From assembly GCA_052390235.1 (NCBI GenBank), contig JBQTHB010000005.1, forward strand, positions 160,001 to 224,000: 64,000 nt of DNA, written 5' to 3'. This DNA comes from Deltaproteobacteria bacterium. Lineage in GTDB: Bacteria; Desulfobacterota_D; UBA1144; Nemesobacterales; CSP1-2. The position numbers and the translations under genes are program-made. Positions 39,157 through 49,316 of the stretch are shown here, in pieces. The stretch's first letter is position 1; each line of letters begins with the position of its first letter. The notes beneath the pieces were generated by a model. It saw only the letters and a list, made by a program, of their open reading frames with translations. It made no database searches and had not been told where the DNA came from.

Positions 39157-39330
39157 ATGCCTAGAGGAAGAAAAAAAATAAAGGATTTAGTTGATATGCT
39201 CGAAGACCCGGAAGATGAAACCTACGTCGGCGTAGATTACGAAGACATCCTAGACCAGATTGAAAGGGATTCCGAAGAGGACGATGATGACGACGACGAC
39301 GGCAATCAGGTAGAGAGAGATGAAGAATAA
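39157..39330 (+). CDS. Unannotated 57-aa hyperacidic protein
   Basis: AAGGGAGGA SD 8 nt before [60 protein letters not shown]; below the ORF-track cutoff. Confidence 0.7.
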   Translation: MPRGRKKIKDLVDMLEDPEDETYVGVDYEDILDQIERDSEEDDDDDDDGNQVERDEE

Positions 39331-41216
39331 GGGCTGGCTGTTTTATCTACCCGTTTTAAATACACCATAAGAATACCGATTGCCGCAGGGGTGATTCCCG
39401 AAATCCGGCTTGCCTGACCAATTGAGGCTGGGCGGATGTGGGAGAGTTTTTGCACGATTTCCCTAGATAAGCCGGGAATGGAGGCGTAAGAGAACCCGTC
39501 GGGGATTTTCATGCCCTCAGTCCTTCGGAATCTGTCAATCTGCTCCATCTGCCGCTCGATGTAGCCCTCGTACTTTACGTCCATCTCAATTTGAGAGGCG
39601 ATGTCGGTGTTGATAAGCGCCGCCGAGTCCGCATCAATCAACGCAAGGAGGCGATAGTCGAATTCGGGGCGGCGGAGGATTTCCTTGAGCGTGTGGGGCT
39701 TTTTTATTGGCGCAGAGCCGAGCGTTGTGAGCATCTCGTTGAATTTCGGCGTAGGAAACACGCGCGTGGCTTCAAGTCTCGACATCTCACCCTCGATTTT
39801 TCTCTTCTTATCGAGGAATTTTTGGTAATCCTCATCGCAGACAAGCCCGATAGCTCGTCCCCGCTCTCTGAGTCTGAGGTCTGCGTTGTCTTCTCTGAGG
39901 ATAAGGCGGTACTCGGCTCTCGATGTGAACATACGGTAAGGCTCATCCACCCCTTTAGTTACCAAATCGTCAATTAAAATCCCGATATAAGCCTCTGAGC
40001 GGTCTAAGATGAAAGGGGTATCTCCCCTCACGCGGAGGGCGGCGTTGATGCCGGCGATGAGTCCCTGAGAGGCGGCTTCCTCGTAGCCCGTGGTGCCGTT
40101 TATCTGACCTGCAAAATAGAGATTATCGGCGAGTTTGGTCTCAAGCGTGGGTTTAAGCTGCGTGGGGTCTGAGTAATCGTATTCAACGGCGTATCCGGGG
40201 CGCATAATTTCAACTTCCTCTAGCCCGGCGATGGTTCTTACCACCTCGTATTGAACGTCTAGGGGGAGGCTCGTGGACACGCCGTTTGGGTAAATCTCGT
40301 AGGTGCCGACCCCTTCTGGCTCAAGAAATATCTGATGCCGCTCTTTGTCGGCGAATTTGACGACTTTGTCCTCTATCGAGGGGCAGTAGCGCGGGCCAAC
40401 GCCCTTTATCATCCCCGAATAGAGGGGGGATTTATGGAGGTTTTGCCGAATGATATCGTGGGTTTTTTTATTCGTGTAGGTGATGTAGCAGGGCATCTGC
40501 TCGCGCTCGATTTTATCCGTCGAGAATGAAAATGGCTTTGGCTCAGGGTCTGGGGGCTGAGGCTCAAGCGCGCCCCAGTTAATTGACCTCCCGTCGAACC
40601 GTGGGGGAGTCCCCGTTTTGAGCCTGCCGATTCTAAGCCCCAATTTGCCGAAGGAGTCCGAAATCCCTACGGCGGGGGATTCGCCGGCGCGTCCTGCGGA
40701 GATTTGAGTTAGCCCTATGTGGATGAGTCCGTTCGGGAAAGTGCCGGGGGTAACGACGACGGCGTCGGCGAAGAAATGCTCGCCTAAATTGGTTTTCACG
40801 CCCACAGCGCGGCTTCCTTCCAGTAAAAATCCCTCGACCATCCTCTGCTTTATATCAATATTTGGCTCGGCTTCGAGGGCTTTTTTCATATAAATCCGAT
40901 AGGCTTGGCGGTCTGCTTGGATTCTCGTGGCTTGAACTGCGGCTCCGCGGCTGGTGTTAAGCCGCCTGAATTGGATGGCGGTTGCGTCAGCCGCGCGCGC
41001 CATCTCCCCGCCTAGTGCGTCAATCTCCTTTACGAGATGCCCCTTGCCGACTCCGCCTATGGACGGATTGCAGGACATAAGCCCGATGGTGTCAATGTTT
41101 CCCGTGAGGACGAGCGTGCTGCATCCGAGCCTTGCCGAGGCTAAAGCCGCCTCGCAGCCGGCGTGTCCCGCCCCGATAACGATAACGCTATGATTTTTCC
41201 GGTATGTAATTGCCAT
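39306..41216 (-). CDS. mnmG: tRNA uridine-34 5-carboxymethylaminomethyl modification enzyme MnmG/GidA
   Basis: [66 protein letters not shown]. Confidence 0.97.
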   Translation of the reverse strand: MAITYRKNHSVIVIGAGHAGCEAALASARLGCSTLVLTGNIDTIGLMSCNPSIGGVGKGHLVKEIDALGGEMARAADATAIQFRRLNTSRGAAVQATRIQADRQAYRIYMKKALEAEPNIDIKQRMVEGFLLEGSRAVGVKTNLGEHFFADAVVVTPGTFPNGLIHIGLTQISAGRAGESPAVGISDSFGKLGLRIGRLKTGTPPRFDGRSINWGALEPQPPDPEPKPFSFSTDKIEREQMPCYITYTNKKTHDIIRQNLHKSPLYSGMIKGVGPRYCPSIEDKVVKFADKERHQIFLEPEGVGTYEIYPNGVSTSLPLDVQYEVVRTIAGLEEVEIMRPGYAVEYDYSDPTQLKPTLETKLADNLYFAGQINGTTGYEEAASQGLIAGINAALRVRGDTPFILDRSEAYIGILIDDLVTKGVDEPYRMFTSRAEYRLILREDNADLRLRERGRAIGLVCDEDYQKFLDKKRKIEGEMSRLEATRVFPTPKFNEMLTTLGSAPIKKPHTLKEILRRPEFDYRLLALIDADSAALINTDIASQIEMDVKYEGYIERQMEQIDRFRRTEGMKIPDGFSYASIPGLSREIVQKLSHIRPASIGQASRISGITPAAIGILMVYLKRVDKTASPYSSSLST

Positions 41217-41378
41217 CGCCCAGGAGATTCTAAATACACAAAGGTACGCCGTCAACAGGGTTTGGGATAGATAACTCTAGATTTCTACTCTGCGGCTTGG
41301 ACTGACTAAAATGGCGCGTCCCTCTCACAGGACTGGAAATTCTGCCATTTTGCCCCCTGCCCCTCTCTGCCGATTCAA

Positions 41379-42590
41379 TCACTCCGGCAGCAGATGCGCT
41401 TTCACCCGGCTTCCAGCGGGAATGTAGCTTTCCCCCTGCGGCGCGACAATGAGGCAGTTCGAGAGCGCGAAGGATTTCATTATATGGGAGCCCTGGAATC
41501 CCGCCGATTGGACATAAAAAGAGCCGCCCTCCTTTCGGAGCAAACCCCGCAGAAAATGGGTCTTATCCCCCTTTTTTCTGACCTCGTCCACTAGAATTGC
41601 GTCAATCTCCAGCAGAGACGTATCCCGCCTGCCGAGCATCCGGCGAATCGAGGGAAGCACGTACTCATAGAAACAGACCAGAGTCGAGGCAGGGTTGCCG
41701 GGAAGCCCGAAGACGAGCGTGTTGCGTATTCGCCCGAAGAAAAGCGGCCCCCCCGGTCTCTGAGAGACCCTCCAGAAAACGCTTCTGACACCGAATTTCT
41801 CCATTACCTCTCTGACATAATCATAATCCCCGACGGAAACGCCCCCTGTGATGAGAATCACATCCGCCCACTCAAAGCCCTTATCCAATTTCTCCGTGAT
41901 TTGCGAGATGCAATCTCCCACCCTCCCTAGAAAGAGAAATTCCGCCCGCTCCGTGGCTATGGCAGACCTAATGGCGACCGAGTTCGAGTCTCGGATTTTC
42001 CCTCGCCCCGGCTCCTCGTAATAACCCACAAGCTCCTGTCCGGTAACGAGCAGGGCGACGTTGGGCTTTCTGTGAACCGAGAGGGATTTCGCCCCAAGCT
42101 CGGCGAGGAATCCGACAGATGCGGCGTTCAAATAAGCGCCTTTGGGAAGGGCAACGTCGCCCGCCCGAAGCTCCTCGCCCTCGTATCTGACGTTCTCTCC
42201 GGGGGCAGTCTCCCGCTTTGCCGACAGCGCTCCCGCGCTCTCATCAGAGTATTCAACCATCAGCACGGAGTCCGCCCCTAGGGGAAGGCATCCGCCAGTC
42301 ATGATTTTTGCCGCTTCTGTGGGCTGGAGGGTGAAATCGGGGAAATCTCCGGCTTTAATCACTCCTGCCACGGATAAATTCACGGGATTCGCATCGCACG
42401 CCCCTTTGATGTCAGCCGAGCGCAGAGCGTATCCGTCCATGGCGGAGTTCGTAAACAGGGGCAGAGACAGGGGGCTTATAACGTCTTCGGCAAGCACATA
42501 GCCCTTTGCCTCGAGAAGCGGGACTTGGACGGCGGCAAGAGGCTCGGAATTTTCGAGAACGAGTTGTTTAGCCTGCTCTACGGAAACTAT
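41379..42590 (-). CDS. moeA: Molybdopterin molybdotransferase (apparent ATA start)
   Basis: NSAMDGYA, IMTG, DSN, TGGVSVGDYD, GLPGNP; homologous N-terminus (IVSVEQAKQLV...GYVLAEDV) extends 31 codons upstream of the track start to an ATA preceded by GAGGAG. Confidence 0.9.
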   Translation of the reverse strand: MVSVEQAKQLVLENSEPLAAVQVPLLEAKGYVLAEDVISPLSLPLFTNSAMDGYALRSADIKGACDANPVNLSVAGVIKAGDFPDFTLQPTEAAKIMTGGCLPLGADSVLMVEYSDESAGALSAKRETAPGENVRYEGEELRAGDVALPKGAYLNAASVGFLAELGAKSLSVHRKPNVALLVTGQELVGYYEEPGRGKIRDSNSVAIRSAIATERAEFLFLGRVGDCISQITEKLDKGFEWADVILITGGVSVGDYDYVREVMEKFGVRSVFWRVSQRPGGPLFFGRIRNTLVFGLPGNPASTLVCFYEYVLPSIRRMLGRRDTSLLEIDAILVDEVRKKGDKTHFLRGLLRKEGGSFYVQSAGFQGSHIMKSFALSNCLIVAPQGESYIPAGSRVKAHLLPE

Positions 42591-42820
42591 GGGGCGCGCT
42601 CCTCGGAGGGGGATTTACAATTTATGTTACATGGGTTTTCGGCTTTGTCATCGGCGGCACAAAATGCGCGATGCGAGATTCAGGATGAAATCATTGGAAT
42701 GTCCCGCCTCGAGTTTAAAATGACGGGAGAGAGACCATCGAAAAGAGACGAGGGCGGCGTCCTAGAGAGAGCGGGGGGGTATTTCTTATAAACCCTGGGT
42801 TCGGTATATTTACGGGTGTC

Positions 42821-43477
42821 ATGAGGGTCTATAAAGCGGCGTTTTGGATTATCATCTCGGCAATTGTTGCGGCGTCATGCGCGCCGGCGTTTCAGAACGT
42901 GAGCCGCACGGCAAGCGGAGAGGAATCGGCGGAGATAAAGAAAATCGCCGCCGCGCCGGTTTTCTTCGCATCCGAGCAGGCTGAAGGGGCAATTGGGCAG
43001 GAGAAGCGCAGGCTCGCCGCAGACCTGTTCTATGCCCAGATTGCCCCTTCAGAGCTTCCTAGCGGGATTGTGCCAGCTGATTCTTCGAGAGCCGAGTATG
43101 AGAGAATTAAGCGCGCCGGCGCCAGTGAATTTGAAGCCCTATTTGAGGCGGCGGCGAATCTCAGCGCCGATGCCGTCTTAGTTGGGAATATTTCCGAATA
43201 TAGGGAGCGGGACGGCGGCGAATTCGGTATAAAGTCTCCGGCGGCGGTTGCGCTGGGCGTTCAACTGCTGAGCATTAAAGACGGGACGGTAATTTGGGAG
43301 GCTCATTACTCGGAGACTCAGAGGCCACTCCTAGAGAACGTGGCGAAAATCGGGAAGTTTCTTAAGAGACGCGCCCGCTGGGTTACGAGGGACGAGCTTC
43401 TAAGAGAGGGAATCGCCGAGACTGCGCGCAAATTCAGGGCTTACCTTGCGGCAAAATCCGCTAAAGGCAGTTTTTAG
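42821..43477 (+). CDS. Lipoprotein (DUF799/CsgG-like fold, tentative)
   Basis: AAS-C lipobox; ADAVLVG.I..Y.ER.G, GTVIW motifs. Confidence 0.6.
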   Translation: MRVYKAAFWIIISAIVAASCAPAFQNVSRTASGEESAEIKKIAAAPVFFASEQAEGAIGQEKRRLAADLFYAQIAPSELPSGIVPADSSRAEYERIKRAGASEFEALFEAAANLSADAVLVGNISEYRERDGGEFGIKSPAAVALGVQLLSIKDGTVIWEAHYSETQRPLLENVAKIGKFLKRRARWVTRDELLREGIAETARKFRAYLAAKSAKGSF

Positions 43478-43554
43478 TGGCTAGTGGTTAGTGAAAAATC
43501 ATCAGTTGCCGTTGTATCTTTGCGGCTAATCTAAATTCCATCGGAGCAAGTGAA

Positions 43555-44277
43555 ATGCTGATAATTCCGGCAATTGACCTAAAGGGCGGCAAATGCGTGA
43601 GACTCCTAAAAGGCGAAGAGGCGGCGGTAACCGTCTTTTCCGAGAACCCGGCGCAGGTCGCTCGCAGGTGGGAGGGGTTCGGGGCGAAGTGGATTCACGT
43701 CGTGGATTTGGACGGGGCGTTCTCGGGCGAGCCGAAGAATTTTGACCTGATTCGAGAGATTGCCAAATCCCTCTCCTGCCCGATACAAGTAGGCGGCGGG
43801 ATTAGAACTCTGGGCGTCATCGAGAGGTATTTAAATCTCGGCGCGGGAAGGGTGATTCTCGGCACGGCGGCATTTGTTAGCCGCGATTTCCTTGCCGAGG
43901 CGTGCCGTCTGTTTCCGGGGCGAATCGCGCTTGGACTCGACACCAAGGGCGGGAAAATCGCCGTCAAGGGCTGGACTGAGGTCGTGGATTTGGACACGGC
44001 GGCGGCCCTCAGAGAGGTGAAGGATATGGGAGTCGCCCTGGTCATCCACACAAACGTTGACCGCGACGGCACTATGGAGGGGGTCAATCTCGCCTCGATG
44101 AGGGAATTTGCCGAAGCCTCGCCGCTTCCCGTTGTAGCTTCCGGGGGGATAGCCTCGATGTCGGATTTGGAGAAAATTGCAACTCTCGAGGGCGAGGGCG
44201 TTGTTGGGGCGATTCTTGGGCGGTCAATTTACACGGGCGCAATCAATTTGGCAGAGGCGATAGAGAAATATTCCTAG
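43555..44277 (+). CDS. hisA: ProFAR isomerase
   Basis: IIPAIDLKGGKCVRL, HVVDLDGA, QVGGGIR, DGTMEG, ASGG. Confidence 0.96.
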   Translation: MLIIPAIDLKGGKCVRLLKGEEAAVTVFSENPAQVARRWEGFGAKWIHVVDLDGAFSGEPKNFDLIREIAKSLSCPIQVGGGIRTLGVIERYLNLGAGRVILGTAAFVSRDFLAEACRLFPGRIALGLDTKGGKIAVKGWTEVVDLDTAAALREVKDMGVALVIHTNVDRDGTMEGVNLASMREFAEASPLPVVASGGIASMSDLEKIATLEGEGVVGAILGRSIYTGAINLAEAIEKYS

Positions 44278-44379
44278 CCGCTATAGAGAGATAAAAGCAG
44301 TTTTTAGTAGTCAGTTTTTAGTTGTTAGCCAAAACTCAAAGCGTTTTTCCATATCGCGGCTGAAAACGAGGATTCCCAA

Positions 44380-45138
44380 ATGCTTGCAAAGAGAATAATT
44401 CCCTGCCTCGACGTAAAGGACGGAAGGGTCGTCAAAGGGGTCAAATTCCTCAATCTGCGCGATGCTGGAGACCCCGTGGAAATCGCCAAAAAATACAGCG
44501 ACGAGGGGGCGGATGAGATAACTTTTCTCGACATCACGGCATCCCATGAGGAGAGGCGGACGATGATTGACGTTGTCGAGCGCACCGCCGCGCAGGTGTT
44601 CGTGCCGCTTACCGTAGGCGGAGGGGTGAGGACTCTCGAGGACATAAGGGGACTGCTCCTCGCAGGGGCGGACAAGGTCTCCATCAACACGGCGGCTGTG
44701 AAAAACCCGGAATTCGTCAGAGAGGCGGCGCGGCGATTCGGGAGCCAGTGCATAGTCGTGGCGGTTGACGCAAGGCGAGTCGCCGAGGGGAAATGGGAGG
44801 TGTTCACGCACGGAGGCAGGAATCCCACGGGTATTGACGCCGTGCTGTGGACGGAGCGTATGGAGAGCGTTGGCGCCGGGGAAATCCTCCTTACGAGCAT
44901 GGACATGGACGGCACTAAGTCGGGCTACGACATCGCCCTAACCAAAGCCGTATCCGAGCGCGTGGGGGTTCCGGTTATCGCCTCTGGCGGGGTGGGAAGC
45001 CTCGCCCATATTTACGAAGGGCTTACAGAGGGAAGAGCCGACGCCGCCCTTTGCGCCTCAATTTTTCACTACGGGGAGTATTCGATTGCCGAGGCGAAGG
45101 GGTTTTTGAGCCAGCGTGGCGTGGAAATTAGATTATGA
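44380..45138 (+). CDS. hisF: Imidazole glycerol phosphate synthase cyclase subunit
   Basis: [48 protein letters not shown]. Confidence 0.97.
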   Translation: MLAKRIIPCLDVKDGRVVKGVKFLNLRDAGDPVEIAKKYSDEGADEITFLDITASHEERRTMIDVVERTAAQVFVPLTVGGGVRTLEDIRGLLLAGADKVSINTAAVKNPEFVREAARRFGSQCIVVAVDARRVAEGKWEVFTHGGRNPTGIDAVLWTERMESVGAGEILLTSMDMDGTKSGYDIALTKAVSERVGVPVIASGGVGSLAHIYEGLTEGRADAALCASIFHYGEYSIAEAKGFLSQRGVEIRL

Positions 45139-45285
45139 GCGCGCCTCAGCCCTTGGATATTCCCAAGGAGTTGGGCGGATGAGAGATTGTCATTGCGAGC
45201 TGGCGGCGAGCCGAGTCTTAACGCGCGCCTGAACCTGCTTTATTTCCATTTGTTCATCGTATCTTAGAGAGGGGGGGCGAAGGCA

Positions 45286-46338
45286 ATGAAGACCATAAGG
45301 GAAGAGCTGGAAGAAATCGAGAAAATGACGCTGTCCCCCTTTGCCTCTCTCAGCGCCGAGAGCAAGGGCAGGCTCGCTCCCGAAGAGTCGTGTCCCATCC
45401 GCACCTGTTATCAGCGCGACCGAGACAGAATTATCCACTCCAAATCCTTCCGCCGAATGAAGCACAAAACCCAGGTGTTCCTCGCCCCCACGGGAGACCA
45501 CTACCGCACCCGCCTCACCCACGTTATCGAAGTCTCCCAAATCGCCCGCACCATCGCCAAAGCCCTGCGCCTCAACGGAGACCTCACTGAAGCCATAGCT
45601 CTCGGACACGACCTCGGACACACCCCTTTCGGTCATGCCGGAGAGGACGCGCTTAACGAAATTTTCCCCGGCGGATTCAAGCACGTTATTCATAGCCTCC
45701 GCGTGGTGGACGTTCTGGAGCGAGACGGAAGGGGTCTGAACCTCACACACGAAGTGAGGGACGGAATCGCCAAGCACTCCAAAGGGATGGGCCCGCTCGA
45801 CAACCCCAAATACCGCCCTGAGACGCTGGAGGGGCAGATTGTGAGGCTCTCGGATTTAGTCGCCTACGCCAATCACGACCTTGACGACGCCGTAAGGTCG
45901 GGAATCATCACCTTCGACGACGTGCCGAGGGCGTTTACGGATGTTCTGGGCAACTCAAACTCGGAGCGGATTAACCGCATGGTAACGGACATTATATTCG
46001 AGACCAAAAGAGTGGGGGAGAGGAAAATCGTCATCAGCGGCGAGGTTGAAGAGGCGATAGTCGGGCTGAGGGGATACCTCTTCAATACGGTCTATATGAA
46101 CGAGAAAATCAGGAACAACTTTCTGAAAGCTAGGAAAATCATCAGAGAACTCTACGAACACTTCTGCGCAGCCCCCGATGAGTTTTGGCGCGCCTACACC
46201 AGAGCGCCCAGAGAGGGGGAAACCCTTGAGCGGGCGGTGTGTGATTTCATAGCCGGCATGACTGACTCCTACGCGGTCTCGATTTACAGGGAGATTTTTC
46301 TCCCCAAGCGCTGGCAGGGGGATTTAAGCTCGCTGTGA
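45286..46338 (+). CDS. dgt: Deoxyguanosinetriphosphate triphosphohydrolase-like HD protein
   Basis: QRDRDRIIHSKSFRRMKHKTQVF, RTRLTH, HDLGHTPFGHAGE, DFIAGMTD. Confidence 0.93.
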   Translation: MKTIREELEEIEKMTLSPFASLSAESKGRLAPEESCPIRTCYQRDRDRIIHSKSFRRMKHKTQVFLAPTGDHYRTRLTHVIEVSQIARTIAKALRLNGDLTEAIALGHDLGHTPFGHAGEDALNEIFPGGFKHVIHSLRVVDVLERDGRGLNLTHEVRDGIAKHSKGMGPLDNPKYRPETLEGQIVRLSDLVAYANHDLDDAVRSGIITFDDVPRAFTDVLGNSNSERINRMVTDIIFETKRVGERKIVISGEVEEAIVGLRGYLFNTVYMNEKIRNNFLKARKIIRELYEHFCAAPDEFWRAYTRAPREGETLERAVCDFIAGMTDSYAVSIYREIFLPKRWQGDLSSL

Positions 46339-46355
46339 TGTTTGATGTTTATTGT

Positions 46356-46477
46356 AGCCTATGTGAGTAACGCTCGATATTGAGGTATCAGCAGAGCGCG
46401 GAATCTATCGCTTAGCGGACGGCTGTTTCGCTCTCTGTTCATAACGACATACCCTGGGGAGTTATTTTGAATAGGCT
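46356..46477. repeat. Long imperfect inverted repeat (structured RNA or MITE remnant)
   Basis: Nested complementary segments AGCCTAT/ATAGGCT, GAGTAAC/GTTATTT, GGTAT/ATACC, CAGAGCGCGGAA/TTTCGCTCTCTG. Confidence 0.45.
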
Positions 46478-46524
46478 CAGCGAATGGCAAATGCGCGCTA
46501 CCCATTGGAGTTGGAGAAACCATC

Positions 46525-47328
46525 GTGATAAAGCTCGGCACTGTGCCATTTCTAAACGTAAGACCGCTCGTCTATCCCCTTGAAGAGGGATTAATCCGGC
46601 ATGATTTCGAGATTTCCTATCTCTCGCCCTCAGAGCTTGCCCCGATGCTCGCCGGAGGAGGACTGGATGTGGCGCTAGTTCCCGTTGCCGAGCTTCTGGC
46701 AGACAGCAGGCGTTCGAGAATCGTCCCCGGTGTCTCGATTTCATCTGCGGGGAAAGTGGCAAGCGTCATACTACTTGCAAAAGAGGGGCTTAGGGATATA
46801 AAAACCGTCGCCGTGGACGCGCGCTCTCGAAGCTCAACGCGGCTTTTGAGAGTGATACTCGAAATTTTCTACAACGCCCATCCACGATACGTCGCAAGAG
46901 AGCCAGAAGGGGATTTCCTCGACGGAGTTGACGGGGGGATGCTCATCGGAAACGCCGGTCTGAGATTTAATCATTTCCCCCCGGCGGGGTGGAGGGTTTA
47001 CGACCTCGGCGAAATCTGGACTGAGGCGACGGGGCTTCCTTTCGTCTATGCGGTTTATGCGGCGGGCGAGGGGATAAATTTGGGAGGCAATCTCGGCGCG
47101 CTCGTCGAGGCAAAGCGCGTCGGGCTGGGTGAGGTTCACAAAATCGCCAAAATTGAGGCGGCAAAATTAGGACTCCCCGAAGCCATCTGCCGAGAATACC
47201 TCGCCGAGAGAATCCGATTTGATTTAGGAGAGCCGGAGATGAGGGGAATTTCAGCCTATGCAAAATTCCTCTTGGAGCTTGGGGAGATTGACAAAATCCC
47301 GGATTTGCGCATTTACCAAGCGCAATAG
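46525..47328 (+). CDS. mqnA: Chorismate dehydratase (futalosine menaquinone pathway)
   Basis: LGTVPFLNVRPL, PSEL, G.V.SV, SRSS..L, DLGEIW...TGLPFVYAV. Confidence 0.85.
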   Translation: MIKLGTVPFLNVRPLVYPLEEGLIRHDFEISYLSPSELAPMLAGGGLDVALVPVAELLADSRRSRIVPGVSISSAGKVASVILLAKEGLRDIKTVAVDARSRSSTRLLRVILEIFYNAHPRYVAREPEGDFLDGVDGGMLIGNAGLRFNHFPPAGWRVYDLGEIWTEATGLPFVYAVYAAGEGINLGGNLGALVEAKRVGLGEVHKIAKIEAAKLGLPEAICREYLAERIRFDLGEPEMRGISAYAKFLLELGEIDKIPDLRIYQAQ

Positions 47329-47506
47329 GGCGGCGAATCCGAGTGGGCGAGGCTCAAAAGCTAGGACTCGCTCATCAGTCCCCGCACCTCTTCTTGAGAT
47401 TGTCGAGGGATGGGAGAGCTAGGGGGGATATGCCCGTGGGTAAAACCGCTTTCAGCGCGCTAATTGACAGTATGAGATTTTTACCCTATTCTTCGCATCC
47501 CAAGAA

Positions 47507-48400
47507 ATGCAACACATTATTCTCGCCACGAATCCCAGCCGTGATTACGAACTCCTAGACAGCGGAGAGGGGGAAAAGCTAGAGCGCTACGGGGGCTTTG
47601 CCATCTCCCGCCCCGACCCTCAGGTGCTTTGGCGAAAACGCCTCTCCACAGCAAAATGGAGCGCGGCAGACGCCCTCTTTACACGCGACGAGAGAAACGC
47701 CCAGTGGAAATTTACGCGCCCAGACTTGCCCCGCAAATGGGAAATCGAGCTTGGGGGCTTGCGATTTTGGATTAAACCCACGCCGTTTAAGCACGTGGGC
47801 GTTTTCCCGGAGCATCTGGAAAACTGGCTTTGGATGCGCAACGAGATAAAACGCGCAGGGCGGAAAATCTCGATGCTCAATGTCTTTGGCTACACCGCAG
47901 GGGCGAGTCTTGCCGCCGCCGCCGAAGGGGCTGAGGTCTGCCACGTCGAGGGGTCGAAGCCCGCGCTCGCGTGGGCGCGGGAAAACGCGCAGTTATCCGG
48001 GCTTGAGGCAAAACCCGTGCGCTGGATTCTGGACGACGCGCCGACCTTTGTGCGAAGGGAAATCAAGCGCGGAAAAAAGTACGACGCCATCGTGGTTGAC
48101 CCTCCGGCGTTCGGGCATGGGCCCGCTGGAGAGCTATGGAAAATCGAGGAGAATTTTCTGCCGTTTCTCGATTCGTGCAGGCAGGTTCTGTCAGATACCC
48201 CGCTTTTCATTCTCATAAACGGCTACGCCTCAGGGTATTCGGCAATCGCTTATAGAAACAATTTGGGGGATTTAACGGCTGATTTCGGCGGGAAAATCGA
48301 GGCGGGCGAGCTTGCCATCAGGGAATCAGGCAGGGGAGGGCGACTCCTTCCGGCTGGGATTTTTGCGCGGTGGAGCGCGAGGGCATCGGCAGTCGGTTAG
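47507..48400 (+). CDS. Class I SAM-dependent methyltransferase (RlmI/RlmK-like)
   Basis: DYELLDSG.GEKLERYG, FKHVGVFPE, LNVFGYT, YDAIVVDPPAFGHG. Confidence 0.85.
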   Translation: MQHIILATNPSRDYELLDSGEGEKLERYGGFAISRPDPQVLWRKRLSTAKWSAADALFTRDERNAQWKFTRPDLPRKWEIELGGLRFWIKPTPFKHVGVFPEHLENWLWMRNEIKRAGRKISMLNVFGYTAGASLAAAAEGAEVCHVEGSKPALAWARENAQLSGLEAKPVRWILDDAPTFVRREIKRGKKYDAIVVDPPAFGHGPAGELWKIEENFLPFLDSCRQVLSDTPLFILINGYASGYSAIAYRNNLGDLTADFGGKIEAGELAIRESGRGGRLLPAGIFARWSARASAVG

Positions 48401-48553
48401 GGGATATATAAAAATATCCACAATTACACTACCCACGCGCTGGGCATATCAAAATAGATAGGTATTCAGGTGATTCGGAAACGCCGACGACGATGCGCGA
48501 ATTTTGAGGGCGTGGGGGATTTTAGCATTGCGTAGCAATTTGGGGAGGAGAAG

Positions 48554-49276
48554 ATGCAAAGAATTGACGCGAGACAGAGAATTATCGTTGCCCTCGATGT
48601 TTTCAGCGTCGAGGAAGCCAGAGGGCTAATTGACCGGCTCGAAGGGGTCGTCTCGTTTTTTAAGATTAACTTTCTGCTCATTCTGGGTGGCGCGGACAGG
48701 AAATTCAGGGAGGAGTTAGCAAATCGAGGGAAGCAGATTTTCATTGACCTCAAATTCAACGACATTGACAGCACTGTGGAGTCCTATATTCGCAGGCTAG
48801 CCGAGGAGAGAATTTCGTTCTGCACCATAAACGCCGCGCCGCAGACCGTGAAAGCCGCCCTCGCCGGTAAAGCGGGCAACCCGGATTTCAAATTGCTTCA
48901 GGTTACGGTTCTAACCGGCATGGGGGATTATAATCTCAGAGACCTGTACGGGATTAATTGCTCCGTCCCTCTGGAAACCGTAGTCCTGCACAGAGCTAAA
49001 GCGGCGTATGCCCTCGGATGCGACGGCGTCGTAGCGTCGGCTCACGAGGCGAAGAAGATAAAAGCGCTATCCGATGGGAAACTCATAGTCGTAACCCCCG
49101 GCATCCGCCCCGACGATAACACGGATGACCACAGGCGGGCGGCAACCCCGGAGTTCGCCATCGCACAGGGGGCAGATTACCTAGTCGTGGGCAGACCAAT
49201 TATTAAGGCGGCTGACCCGGTTCGGGCGGCTCTGGGGATTATCGAGAGGATGCAACGCGCCTTTGACGCGAGATGA
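48554..49276 (+). CDS. pyrF: Orotidine 5'-phosphate decarboxylase
   Basis: IIVALD, FIDLKFNDI..T, VTVLT, DGVVAS, VTPGIRP, GADYLVVGRPI. Confidence 0.93.
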   Translation: MQRIDARQRIIVALDVFSVEEARGLIDRLEGVVSFFKINFLLILGGADRKFREELANRGKQIFIDLKFNDIDSTVESYIRRLAEERISFCTINAAPQTVKAALAGKAGNPDFKLLQVTVLTGMGDYNLRDLYGINCSVPLETVVLHRAKAAYALGCDGVVASAHEAKKIKALSDGKLIVVTPGIRPDDNTDDHRRAATPEFAIAQGADYLVVGRPIIKAADPVRAALGIIERMQRAFDAR

Positions 49277-49316
49277 AATTCCAACTCCGTCCATTCATGG
49301 CTCATATCAGAATCAA

